A stretch of 53,531 nt of DNA from a virus (taxonomy: Duplodnaviria > Caudoviricetes). The notes beneath the pieces were generated by a model, which was not told the origin of the DNA, made no database searches, and worked only from the letters and a program-made list of their open reading frames with translations. The translations under genes were made by a program, and so were the position numbers. The number at the start of each line of letters is the position of its first letter. The stretch's first letter is position 1. The stretch lies in the IMG/VR virus record IMGVR_UViG_3300004806_000031, positions 1-53,531 of that record; one strand, written 5' to 3'. Shown here in pieces: positions 1 to 9,276 of the stretch.

Positions 1-1290
1 GGCGAAACTTTCCCGACGTGGACAACGGCGACGCGACCTGCGACGCCTAACCAAAGTCAAATGGGGTTTAATACGACCACAGTCGCTCTTGATGTGTGGA
101 ATGGCTCCGCATGGGCCAGTATTCCTATGCCGACCAGCCAAGGCTCGTCGGGGCAAGCGTTGCTCTCTGGTGGTTCCGGTTCCGCTCCTACATGGGGGTC
201 GGCGGGACTTTCTACTCAATCTGTTCAAACATCCAATTTCACTGCGTCTGCAGGATACATTTATCCTGTCAACACAACGTCCAGCGCAATCACAGTTACG
301 CTTCCTGCATCGCCTGTTGCGGGTAATCAGATAACTATTGTTGATTATGCGGGAACAGCGGGGGCAAATGCTATAATTGTAAATCCTAACGGGAACAACA
401 TTCAAGGGGCCGCTTCTTCCGTTCTAATAAACACAAATAGGCAAAGTTTGAATCTTGTTTATGTTGACGCAACCCAAGGTTGGGTTTCATACGCGCAACA
501 GTATGCTGCCATTGTAGGATATGTCGCAACATATCTTGTAGTCGCAGGTGGCGGCGGCGGAGGATGGAACCATGGCGGCGGAGGCGGCGCTGGCGGTTTT
601 CTTGCAAGCACAACTGGGTTTACAAAAGGTCAGGTTTACACCGTCACTGTTGGTGGCGGCGGTAATGGCGCATCGGGATCGGGACAAAACGGAAGTAATG
701 GTTCAAACTCTTCAATTTCCGGTACCGGAATTACAACCGTAACCGCAATCGGTGGTGGCGGTGGCGCTGGTGATGGTAGTGGATCTACAGGACAAAATGG
801 GGGTTCTGGAGGCGGCGGTCAAAATAGTAATACAACGCCCGGTTCAGGAACATCAGGGCAAGGTAATGCTGGCGGGGCTGGTGCTGGCAATAATGGCGGT
901 GGTGGAGGAGGTGCAGGCGCGGCAGGTTCAACGGGTAACGTAAGCAACGGTGCTGGTGGCGTTGGATTGCAATCTTCTATAACTGGTTCATCAACTTATT
1001 ATGCTGGTGGCGGCGGGGGTGGTTATAATAGCGGCGCTGGGGGATTAGGTGGTGGTGGTGCAGGTGGAGGAAACTCTTCTGACGGAGCATCTGCAACAGC
1101 AAATACAGGCGGCGGCGGTGGCGGCGGTGGTGGTGGCGGTTATGGCCGAGGAAATGGCGGTTCTGGTGTTGTTATTCTTTCAATACCAACAGCAAACTAT
1201 ACCGGGACTACGACAGGCTCTCCGACCGTGACAACATCCGGTAGCAACACTATTATGAAATTCACCTCTTCAGGGAGTTACACAGCATGA
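1..1290 (+). CDS. Glycine-rich tail fibre/adhesin-like virion protein, 5' truncated
   Basis: Frame is open from base 1 (GETFPTWTTATRPATPNQSQ-MGFNTT). Contains the VTLPASP..GNQITIVD module and a C-terminal Gly-rich domain (YLVVAGGGGGG...GGSGVVIL). Confidence 0.8.
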   Translation, partial: GETFPTWTTATRPATPNQSQMGFNTTTVALDVWNGSAWASIPMPTSQGSSGQALLSGGSGSAPTWGSAGLSTQSVQTSNFTASAGYIYPVNTTSSAITVTLPASPVAGNQITIVDYAGTAGANAIIVNPNGNNIQGAASSVLINTNRQSLNLVYVDATQGWVSYAQQYAAIVGYVATYLVVAGGGGGGWNHGGGGGAGGFLASTTGFTKGQVYTVTVGGGGNGASGSGQNGSNGSNSSISGTGITTVTAIGGGGGAGDGSGSTGQNGGSGGGGQNSNTTPGSGTSGQGNAGGAGAGNNGGGGGGAGAAGSTGNVSNGAGGVGLQSSITGSSTYYAGGGGGGYNSGAGGLGGGGAGGGNSSDGASATANTGGGGGGGGGGGYGRGNGGSGVVILSIPTANYTGTTTGSPTVTTSGSNTIMKFTSSGSYTA

Positions 1291-1628
1291 GCCATTTTGC
1301 CAAAGTTCTTGATGGTAAAGTTGTTCAGGTTATTGTGGCTGAACAAGATTTTTTCAATACGTTCGTTGACTCGTCACCGGGCCAATGGATTCAAACGTCA
1401 TACAATACGCATGGCAATCAGCATCCAGAAGGCCGTCCATTGCGCGGCAATTATGCCGGTATTGGTCATACCTACGATACAACGCATGATGTTTTTTACG
1501 CTCCTCAACCATACCCGTCGTGGACATTGAGCCAGACAACATGGTTGTGGGAAGCGCCCGTTCCATATCCTACTGATGGCAAAGAATATCGGTGGGATGA
1601 AACCGCCAAAAATTGGGTGACGCCATGA
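1287..1628 (+). CDS. Small protein coupled to Gly-rich fibre gene (possible fibre chaperone)
   Basis: ATGA overlap with the fibre gene; MSHFAK..WIQTSYN..LRGNYAGIG..PQPYPSW pattern, which typically follows such fibres. Confidence 0.7.
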   Translation: MSHFAKVLDGKVVQVIVAEQDFFNTFVDSSPGQWIQTSYNTHGNQHPEGRPLRGNYAGIGHTYDTTHDVFYAPQPYPSWTLSQTTWLWEAPVPYPTDGKEYRWDETAKNWVTP

Positions 1629-1804
1629 CTACTTCGGACAACAATAACCTTGTAATTGACGCCGCCGTTGCCGCGGGGTCGCTAACTCTTCCTTGGTGGG
1701 CGCAGGTACTTGGCGAATGGGTTGGCTTGGCAATTTCGGTATTTTGGCTTATCCTATTGGTAATTCGTATTGTCCTCGCTCTTCGTGAATGGTTTAGGGG
1801 TTAA
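1625..1804 (+). CDS. Small membrane protein (holin-like candidate)
   Basis: ATGA overlap; hydrophobic segment WVGLAISVFWLILLVIRIVLAL followed by a basic tail. Confidence 0.55.
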   Translation: MTTSDNNNLVIDAAVAAGSLTLPWWAQVLGEWVGLAISVFWLILLVIRIVLALREWFRG

Positions 1805-1806
1805 TT

Positions 1807-3000
1807 ATGTCAACAACAACAAATCTTGCCCTTAATGAACCCGCATATAACAGCACGTCCCCAACGTGGGACCAGCCACTTAATTACAATTCTACCATTC
1901 TTGATGCTGTCATGGGCAATACAACATCTATTGCCCTCACCAATTCAAATGTAACTTTGACCGGCCCGACATCAACGGGGGCGGGCCAAACGCAAGCCAT
2001 GCGGATTGTGCTGACGGGGGCTATTTCAACAAATATTACAGTTACTTTTCCGTCAGGCATTTCGGGAAGTTGGGTAATTTATAACACCACTTCTGGCGCG
2101 TATACCATAACAATTGCATCTGGTGGCGGCGGAACAACCGTGACTGCTCCGCAAGGTTTTAACATTATTGTCTATTCTGACGGCATTAATATTCGCTACG
2201 CCAATGACGGGACGGTTGTGTCTCCCCTCCCAGTTGCTAATGGTGGAACGGGGCTTACAAGTTTAACAGCCAACAATGTTGTGCTTGGCAACGGCACAAG
2301 TGCAGTGCAATTTGTTGCCCCCGGCGCATCTGGAAATGTATTGACCAGTAATGGCACAACTTGGGTTTCAGGTGGCGGAACTTCACCAACTCAAACAATT
2401 TATACTTCTGGGTCGGGAACTTATACACTTCCATCCAATGTAAAATGGTTGCGCGTCCGCATGGTCGGCGGCGGCGGTGGCGGCGGCGGAAGTAATGGCG
2501 GCGCCAGTGGCGGCTCGTCTGGCGGGACAACTACTTTTGGTTCGTCATTCTTAGTGGCAAATGGCGGGTCAGGAGGGGGAACCGGCGCAACCGGTTCAAA
2601 TGGCGGCACAGCAAGTATTAGTTCCGGTGCCGTAGGGGTTGCTTTTACAGGAACGTCCGGCATTCAAGCCGGAACATCTACCACAAGTCTTGCCGGTGGG
2701 AATGGGGGAAGTTCTCCATTTGGGGGCGGTGGTATGGGCGGAGGACCGACTGGCGGGTCGGGATATGCTGCCGTAACAAATACTGGTAGTGGCGGCGGTG
2801 GCGCAAGCAATCAAGGCAACCCCACAGGTAACTATGTCACAGGTGCCGGTGGCGGAGCGGGTGGTTATATTGATGTCATTATAGGAAGCCCTTCATCGTC
2901 ATATTCATATTCCGTTGGAACCGGAGGAAGTGGCGGAAGTGGTGGCGGTGCCGCTGGTGCTGCCGGTATTATTATCATTGAAGAACACTACGGTTCATAA
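1807..3000 (+). CDS. Glycine-rich tail fibre/virion protein
   Basis: S/T-rich N-terminus, LPVANGGTG spacer and Gly-rich C-terminal domain. Confidence 0.8.
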   Translation: MSTTTNLALNEPAYNSTSPTWDQPLNYNSTILDAVMGNTTSIALTNSNVTLTGPTSTGAGQTQAMRIVLTGAISTNITVTFPSGISGSWVIYNTTSGAYTITIASGGGGTTVTAPQGFNIIVYSDGINIRYANDGTVVSPLPVANGGTGLTSLTANNVVLGNGTSAVQFVAPGASGNVLTSNGTTWVSGGGTSPTQTIYTSGSGTYTLPSNVKWLRVRMVGGGGGGGGSNGGASGGSSGGTTTFGSSFLVANGGSGGGTGATGSNGGTASISSGAVGVAFTGTSGIQAGTSTTSLAGGNGGSSPFGGGGMGGGPTGGSGYAAVTNTGSGGGGASNQGNPTGNYVTGAGGGAGGYIDVIIGSPSSSYSYSVGTGGSGGSGGGAAGAAGIIIIEEHYGS

Positions 3001-3320
3001 TGCAATTTACATGGTCATTCCCTCAATTCATTGTTGCTTCGGTGTATGACGGTTTGCCCAATGTCGTAACCGCCATCAATTGGGTATGCACGGGAACAAA
3101 TGGAACTGTCACATCATCGGCATCTGGCACCGCTAAATTAGGCTCGCCAAATCCTGCTGAGTTTGTTCCGTATGCTGACATTACGCAAGAAATGGCGTAT
3201 ATGTGGGTGGCCGGTTGCATAAGCATGCCCGGCGTTGAAAACCAGATTGCGCAGCAAATCAATGCGCTGTCCAATCCACCGATACAACCGCAAAACCCAC
3301 CCTTTTGGGCAGGAGATTAA
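3000..3320 (+). CDS. Conserved phage hypothetical protein
   Basis: TAATG coupling; FTW..VVTAINW..FVPYADITQE pattern. Confidence 0.7.
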   Translation: MQFTWSFPQFIVASVYDGLPNVVTAINWVCTGTNGTVTSSASGTAKLGSPNPAEFVPYADITQEMAYMWVAGCISMPGVENQIAQQINALSNPPIQPQNPPFWAGD

Positions 3321-3321
3321 A

Positions 3322-3534
3322 TTGGAAAATCTTGAACTTGATCTAAAATTGACAGTTTCTCACGTAAATACGTTGTTGAAGCATCTTGGCGCGGGAATTT
3401 ATTCCGAAGTGGCTGAAGTGATTCAATTGCTTCACGGCCAAGCCCAGCCTCAAATTCAGGCCGCCGCCGTTGCTGCCCCCGCCGTTGACCCGGCGCCAGA
3501 GGCTGCACCGGCACCAGAAGCACCGGCGCAATAA
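3322..3534 (+). CDS. Hypothetical protein
   Basis: AGGAG at 3311 precedes a TTG start at 3322; Ala/Pro-rich tail. Confidence 0.65.
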   Translation: MENLELDLKLTVSHVNTLLKHLGAGIYSEVAEVIQLLHGQAQPQIQAAAVAAPAVDPAPEAAPAPEAPAQ

Positions 3535-3544
3535 CGGAGCCACT

Positions 3545-4009
3545 ATGGACCCGTTTACCGTCCTTGCTGGTGCTACGGCCATTTACAATGGTTTGAAGTC
3601 GGCTGTTAGTGCTGGCGAGGACGTTGTGGACACAGCACACAGAGTTGGCAGCCTTATGTCCGAAGTGGCTAAGGTTGTCCAACTTGTGTCTATGCCACGC
3701 AAGAAAAGCGTGTTTCAGTCACAGGCTGAGTTTGAGGCGGAGGCAATGAAGTTGTATGCCGCCAAAGATAAAGCCAACCAAATGGCCGCGGAAGCAAAGA
3801 ATATGTTTGTTTCCCTGCATGGGTTGGCGGCTTGGGATAATGTACAGCGTAAAGTTATTGAATTACGCAAAGAGGCGGCGAGACACGCCAAGGAAGAATA
3901 CGAGCAAGCAATGGAAACCCGCCGAGACATCATTATGGTGTCAAGCATTGTGGGCGGCCTATTGGTTGCTATGGGCGGTTTAGGTATTTGGTTATCATTG
4001 ACCCATTAA
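3545..4009 (+). CDS. Coiled-coil protein with C-terminal transmembrane helix
   Basis: GGAG RBS then MDPFTVLAGA; hydrophobic C-terminus; lies just upstream of the lysis genes. Confidence 0.7.
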   Translation: MDPFTVLAGATAIYNGLKSAVSAGEDVVDTAHRVGSLMSEVAKVVQLVSMPRKKSVFQSQAEFEAEAMKLYAAKDKANQMAAEAKNMFVSLHGLAAWDNVQRKVIELRKEAARHAKEEYEQAMETRRDIIMVSSIVGGLLVAMGGLGIWLSLTH

Positions 4010-4021
4010 GGGAAGCAAAAA

Positions 4022-4552
4022 ATGGATATTCTTAAAACTTTTGGGCCATTAATTGGGTCTGTTGCGCCGACAATCGCTACAGCCCTTGGCGGGCCAGTGG
4101 CCGGGATGGCGGTCAAGGCTGTGTCAAATGCATTATTCGGCCACGAGAATGGAACTGAAGACGATATTATGACCGCGTTGGCCAATCCAACGGGCGACCA
4201 GTTGGCGCAATTAAAAAAGATTGACGCTGACTTCAAAGTTCAAATGAAGTCGTTAGATATTGATCTTGAAGAAATTTCTGAGCAGGACCGCGACTCAGCC
4301 CGTAAAATGGAAATGTCTACGCGGAGTTGGCTTCCCGAAGTCCTTGCCATCCTCGTCACCGCTGGCTTTTTCGGCATTATTATCTTTATCCTTAAGTTTG
4401 GACTTCCCGAATCAGGGAAAGAGGCCATTCTTCTCCTTGTGGGATCGTTAGGCACGGCGTGGACTGGCGTTATGGCATTTTACTTTGGCAGCAGTGCTGG
4501 GTCTAAACAAAAGACGGAAGCGTTGACGGCGGCATTAAGCAATGGAAAGTAA
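4022..4552 (+). CDS. Putative holin (3TM-type)
   Basis: APTIATALGGP, DRDSAR and FYFGSS motifs; two C-terminal TM helices; overlaps the endolysin. Confidence 0.7.
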   Translation: MDILKTFGPLIGSVAPTIATALGGPVAGMAVKAVSNALFGHENGTEDDIMTALANPTGDQLAQLKKIDADFKVQMKSLDIDLEEISEQDRDSARKMEMSTRSWLPEVLAILVTAGFFGIIIFILKFGLPESGKEAILLLVGSLGTAWTGVMAFYFGSSAGSKQKTEALTAALSNGK

Positions 4553-5054
4553 TTTTGAGCAGTGCTTTGCCTTAGTTCTTCGGAACGAGGGCGGCTACGT
4601 TAATAACCCGGCTGACCCCGGCGGCGCCACAAATCTTGGCTGTACTAAAGCGACTTGGGAGGCTTGGGTTGGCCACGCCGTGACTAAGGACGATATTAAA
4701 GCACTCATGCCAAATGACGTAATGCCCCTGTACAAGGCAAAATATTGGGATACAGTTAAGGGCGATGATCTTCCTGTGGGGGTTGATTATGCAATCTTTG
4801 ATTTTGCCATCAATTCGGGGCCGTCGAGGGCCGCCAAAACTCTTCAGTCGGTACTCGGCGTGGCAGCAGACGGACAAATCGGCCCCGCCACGCTCACTGC
4901 TCTTGAAACGGCAAACCCTCGCGATGTTGCTACGTCAGTCTGCGAAGCAAGATTAGCGTTTTTGCAAAGCCTTCCAACTTATGCTACTTTTGGCAAAGGT
5001 TGGTCGCGTCGGGTTGCCGAAGTTGAGGCGGACGCCTTCAAAATGGTTGGGTGA
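4542..5054 (+). CDS. Endolysin, glycoside hydrolase family 108 with peptidoglycan-binding domain
   Basis: EGGYVNNPADPGGATNLG catalytic motif; DGQIGPAT; FGKGWSRRV. Confidence 0.92.
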   Translation: MESNFEQCFALVLRNEGGYVNNPADPGGATNLGCTKATWEAWVGHAVTKDDIKALMPNDVMPLYKAKYWDTVKGDDLPVGVDYAIFDFAINSGPSRAAKTLQSVLGVAADGQIGPATLTALETANPRDVATSVCEARLAFLQSLPTYATFGKGWSRRVAEVEADAFKMVG

Positions 5055-5057
5055 TCC

Positions 5058-5774
5058 ATGTCTTTGACTTATTCGTCATATGTCCAACAAATTGCGACTA
5101 TGGCGGTCGTCCCCGTCACGGACCCTAATTTCACGATTATTATTCCGTCTATGATTGATTACGCTGAATTGCGCATGCAGCGTGATTTGGATTTTTTAAG
5201 TACGCAAATTAGCACGACCTCTTACAGTTTTACTGCCGGGAATAACCAATTAACGCTGCCCACGTCTCAATTTATTGTTCTTCAAACTTTAGAAGTTATT
5301 GATAATTCAGGGAATTCGACCCCACTTTTGCCAGTCACAAAAGAATTTATTCAAAATGTTTACGGATCGGGTTCTACTACAGGCTTACCTCAGTATTTTG
5401 CTGTTTATGGTGGCGATAGTGCTACTACGGGTAACACTTCACAGTATCTAATAGTTGGCCCTGCCCCCAGTGCTAATTATGTAAATACGCGTTTGACCGG
5501 CACGGTTCGGTCAGCGCCTCTGTCTGCAACAAACACAACGACATTCATCTCAACCTACTTGCCAGATATGTTTATTATGGCGAGTATGATTTACATTTCT
5601 GCGTATCAGCGGAACTTTGGTCGAATCAACGATGACCCGCAAATGGCCCAAACTTACGAGGCGCAATATCAAGCGCTGAAGGCCAGTGCGTTGGTTGAAG
5701 AGAACCGCAAGAAGTTTGAGGCGGCGGCGTGGACATCATATTCACCTGCCCCGGCAGCGTCACCCACGAGGTAA
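5058..5774 (+). CDS. Putative head-tail adaptor/tail tubular protein
   Basis: IDYAELR..RDL, GLPQYFA and TFISTYLPDM patterns; position before the nozzle-like gene. Function inferred. Confidence 0.55.
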   Translation: MSLTYSSYVQQIATMAVVPVTDPNFTIIIPSMIDYAELRMQRDLDFLSTQISTTSYSFTAGNNQLTLPTSQFIVLQTLEVIDNSGNSTPLLPVTKEFIQNVYGSGSTTGLPQYFAVYGGDSATTGNTSQYLIVGPAPSANYVNTRLTGTVRSAPLSATNTTTFISTYLPDMFIMASMIYISAYQRNFGRINDDPQMAQTYEAQYQALKASALVEENRKKFEAAAWTSYSPAPAASPTR

Positions 5775-5777
5775 ACG

Positions 5778-7820
5778 ATGCCGCACAATACTATCAGACT
5801 CAATCCGGGCGTTGACACCAATGCCACGCTTGCCCTTAACCAAGCCAATTACTCTGTATCAAATTTGATACGTTTTTTGCCGGAGAGAAGCGGCGCTGGT
5901 TTGGCTCAAAAATTGGGCGGTTGGATCGCTTACTACGGATCGGCGCTATCCTCAAAAATTCGCGCATTGAAGGGTTGGGCGGACCTTAATGCCACTAACC
6001 ATTTGGGCATTGGAGCGGAAAGTGAACTTGCCGTTTTAACCAGTGGCAATTTAGTTGATATTACGCCGCAAATTACTATTACTAATACTTCGCCTAATTT
6101 TTCTACCACGTCTGGCTCAAATATTGTAACCATAGTAGACACAAATATCACGCCATCAGTATTGGATGTTGTTAATTTTGTAACGCCTGTTTCTGTTGGC
6201 GGTTTGCTGTTGACTGGTCCATATGTAATTTACACAGCAGCCAGCAATACTTACACAATTCAAGCAGCATCAAATGCAACATCTACAGTTACAAGTGGCG
6301 GCGCGTCTTACGCATTTTCTACGACCAGCGGCTCGTCTGTGGTGTCGGTTTCGCTTGCAAATCACGGTTATAATGTTGGCGACGAGTTTTATATTGGCGT
6401 GTCGACTACCGTTGGCGGCATTACTTTATTTGGTCTTTATACTGTTTTAAGTGTTACTTCATCCAGCGCATTTACGTTTGCCGCATCAAATACGGCGACA
6501 TCCACCGCCGGACCCACTTTGATCAATAGTGGGAATATTCAATCGGAATTTTATATTGCCCTTGGCCCACAGCCGACCGGCACGGGGTATGGTGTTGGTG
6601 GGTATGGTGTTGGCGGATTTGGCGTTGGAACGACCCAGCCATCAACTCCCGGCACGCCAGTAACTGCAACTGACTGGACGCTAGACAACTTTGGGCAGGA
6701 CCTTGTGGCGTGTCCGGCGGGCGGCGCAATTTATTATTGGCAGCCAAACGGTCAATTACAAAATGCTCAAATTGTTGGGGGCAGTGGTCCGTTAGTAAAT
6801 AGCGGTATTTTCGTTGCAATGCCGCAGCGCCAAATTATTGCCTACGGGTCATCATTCACCCTTTCTCCTGACCCATTGTTAGTGCGTTGGTGCGACATTG
6901 GCGATTTTACTGTTTGGAATGCTACGGCGGACAATCAGGCCGGGTCATATCGTATTCCGACCGGTTCAAAAATTGTTGCTGGCACACAAAGTTCTCAGCA
7001 GGGTTTACTTTGGACTGACCTTGACCTTTGGGCGATGCAGTATGTTGGCGCGCCATTGGTGTATGGATTTAACAAAATTGGATCAAATTGCGGCGCGATT
7101 TCTCGCCACGGCATGGGCCAACTTAACGGCGCAATCTATTGGATGTCGCAGAAGCAATTTTTTATGATGGCTGGGCAAGGCGTTCAGGCTATCCCATGCC
7201 CGATTTTTGACGTTATATTTCAAAATATTAACAAATCGTATTTGTCCAAGGTGTGTTGCGCCGTTAACTCGCAATTCAATGAAATCACTTGGTACTACCC
7301 GTCAGCGTCGTCAACGGAAAACAATAGTTATGTTAAATATAATGTCGGCCTTGGGCAGTGGGACTTTGGTTCTCTTGGCCGGACTGCTTGGATTGACCAG
7401 TCTGTTCTTGGCTCTCCCATTGGTGCTGGGTCTGATAATTACCTTTATCAGCACGAGGTAGGCAACGATGCCGCCAACGGAACGCAAACGACAGCAATGC
7501 TGTCATCGTTTCAGACGGGTTATTTTCAACTGAATGAGGCCGATAATATGATCTTTATTGATCAAATTTGGCCAGACATGAAGTGGGGAACTTACAGCGG
7601 TAACCCCAACGCCACCGTTCAAATTACATTTTATGTAACAAACTATCCGGGCGACACTCCAATTCAATACGGCCCCTACAACATGACACAAGCGACGGAA
7701 TATTTGTCCGTCCGTATTCGTGGCCGCCTTATGTCTGTTGCCGTGTCATCTAATGACGTGGGAACATTTTGGCGGTTGGGCGCTATTCGATACCGTTACC
7801 AACCGGATGGGAGGTTCTAA
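5778..7820 (+). CDS. Putative tail nozzle/DNA-stabilisation protein (P22 gp10/T7 gp12-like role)
   Basis: 680 aa, beta-rich (WTLDNFGQDL, VRWCD, NEITWYYPS); position ahead of the internal virion proteins. Function inferred. Confidence 0.6.
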   Translation: MPHNTIRLNPGVDTNATLALNQANYSVSNLIRFLPERSGAGLAQKLGGWIAYYGSALSSKIRALKGWADLNATNHLGIGAESELAVLTSGNLVDITPQITITNTSPNFSTTSGSNIVTIVDTNITPSVLDVVNFVTPVSVGGLLLTGPYVIYTAASNTYTIQAASNATSTVTSGGASYAFSTTSGSSVVSVSLANHGYNVGDEFYIGVSTTVGGITLFGLYTVLSVTSSSAFTFAASNTATSTAGPTLINSGNIQSEFYIALGPQPTGTGYGVGGYGVGGFGVGTTQPSTPGTPVTATDWTLDNFGQDLVACPAGGAIYYWQPNGQLQNAQIVGGSGPLVNSGIFVAMPQRQIIAYGSSFTLSPDPLLVRWCDIGDFTVWNATADNQAGSYRIPTGSKIVAGTQSSQQGLLWTDLDLWAMQYVGAPLVYGFNKIGSNCGAISRHGMGQLNGAIYWMSQKQFFMMAGQGVQAIPCPIFDVIFQNINKSYLSKVCCAVNSQFNEITWYYPSASSTENNSYVKYNVGLGQWDFGSLGRTAWIDQSVLGSPIGAGSDNYLYQHEVGNDAANGTQTTAMLSSFQTGYFQLNEADNMIFIDQIWPDMKWGTYSGNPNATVQITFYVTNYPGDTPIQYGPYNMTQATEYLSVRIRGRLMSVAVSSNDVGTFWRLGAIRYRYQPDGRF

Positions 7821-8167
7821 TGGATGCATCACTTGGCGATCTTCTGACAACCCAAAAAAACGGTGTTATTGCTATTAACGCCTACACAAATGCAATTAAC
7901 ACACAGGCGGGGTCGATTAATACTAAAGAACTATCCGCATCGACGGTAATTAAATCGTCATCGGGTTGGCTTGCTACCGTTAGCGTTATTGTTGCCGGTA
8001 GTACGCAGGGTTACTTATACGACACGAACAGCACGTCGGCCACGTCAGGGAATCGCATTTACGCGGTGCCAAATACAGTTGGCGTCTATAAAGTCATGAT
8101 GCCATTTTCAACTGGTTTAACATTTGTTCCGGGGACCAGTTCAGTCATCGCGGTGGGGTATACATAA
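7820..8167 (+). CDS. Hypothetical virion protein
   Basis: TAATG coupling; beta-rich 115 aa. Confidence 0.65.
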   Translation: MDASLGDLLTTQKNGVIAINAYTNAINTQAGSINTKELSASTVIKSSSGWLATVSVIVAGSTQGYLYDTNSTSATSGNRIYAVPNTVGVYKVMMPFSTGLTFVPGTSSVIAVGYT

Positions 8168-8688
8168 TGCCATTAGCACACGGTAAATCCCAAGCGACAA
8201 TTAGCAAGAACATTAGCGAAATGGTTCACTCTGGCAATCCGCACGATCAGGCCGTCGCCGCGGCGTTGAATATTGCCCGCTCTGGCAAAAAGCAGGGCGG
8301 CGAACAAACAGGGAACGTTGTCCACGTTGGCCCGATTCACAGCCCGGTCGCTGGCCGCACGGACCATTTGCCCATGCATGTCCCCGCTGGATCCTACGTC
8401 ATACCCGCGGAAGAAGTGGCATTTCTTGGCGAGGGCAATACCCTTAACGGGTTCAAAAACATTACCGAGTGGGTGGAGAAATACTATGACCACACATTTA
8501 CAAATGCTGGCAGTCCTGTCCCTATTGTTGCTGCTGGTGGAGAGTACGTTATACCCCCTCAGTCTGTTTATGGAATTGGTGACGGGAATTTGGAAAAGGG
8601 TCACCGGATTTTGGATGAGTATGTAAAGAAACTCCGCCAAAAGCACATCAAGACACTGCAAAAATTGCCGCCGCCCAAGAGGGATTAG
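8167..8688 (+). CDS. Virion-module protein with two G[SE]YVIP repeats
   Basis: AGRTDHLPMHVPAGSYVIPA and VPIVAAGGEYVIPP; N-terminal AVAAALNIAR then KKQGG. Confidence 0.7.
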   Translation: MPLAHGKSQATISKNISEMVHSGNPHDQAVAAALNIARSGKKQGGEQTGNVVHVGPIHSPVAGRTDHLPMHVPAGSYVIPAEEVAFLGEGNTLNGFKNITEWVEKYYDHTFTNAGSPVPIVAAGGEYVIPPQSVYGIGDGNLEKGHRILDEYVKKLRQKHIKTLQKLPPPKRD

Positions 8689-8689
8689 A

Positions 8690-9259
8690 ATGAATTTTTC
8701 ATTGAAAAAACAACGAGTTCGCCTGTCTAAAAGCGCCCGCGCGCGGCTCCCGCGTCCAGAGCGCGTCATGACCGACGCTGTAGCCAGAGTTGCTCAGCCC
8801 GATGACGAGGAAGGCATCATGACTTTGGCGCGGATGATTCACCAAGAAATTGGAATGTTTGAGTTAAATGAGCAAAAAGTCCGCGATACTATCCGCCCTA
8901 TGCTACATAAGCATTTTGGCATTATTGGCGTGGTGGGAAATAAAGACAATCTTGAGGCAATGATTTTGCTTCGGGTGGCTAATAATTGGTATTCGGACAC
9001 GCCATTTTTGGAAGAAATGTCTGTCTTTGTTCGCCCCGAATACAGGAATGCTACTGTTTCTCGCGTCCAAAAGATGATAGAATTTGCAAAAAAGGCCGCT
9101 GATGGCCTTGGCTTGCCGTTAATGATTGGCGTTTTGTCAAATCAGAGGACAAATGCTAAAGTTGAACTCTATGAAAAGCACTTTGGTGACCCGGCGGGTG
9201 CTTTCTTCATTTATGGGGCAAGGACGGGACAGCCTGAAGGGGCTGACCTTGCGTCTTAA
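8690..9259 (+). CDS. GNAT-fold acyltransferase-like protein
   Basis: RVAQPDD..I, then EMSVFVRPEYR (motif A-like) and LYEK; directly precedes the ejection-type protein. Confidence 0.7.
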   Translation: MNFSLKKQRVRLSKSARARLPRPERVMTDAVARVAQPDDEEGIMTLARMIHQEIGMFELNEQKVRDTIRPMLHKHFGIIGVVGNKDNLEAMILLRVANNWYSDTPFLEEMSVFVRPEYRNATVSRVQKMIEFAKKAADGLGLPLMIGVLSNQRTNAKVELYEKHFGDPAGAFFIYGARTGQPEGADLAS

Positions 9260-9276
9260 AGTTTAGGAGAAGGCCC

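Noticed and set aside
540-3000. GG runs in tail fibres as part of the GG-tag system
   Set aside because: These are ordinary poly-Gly fibre domains without the basic/aromatic-[AK]-x context.
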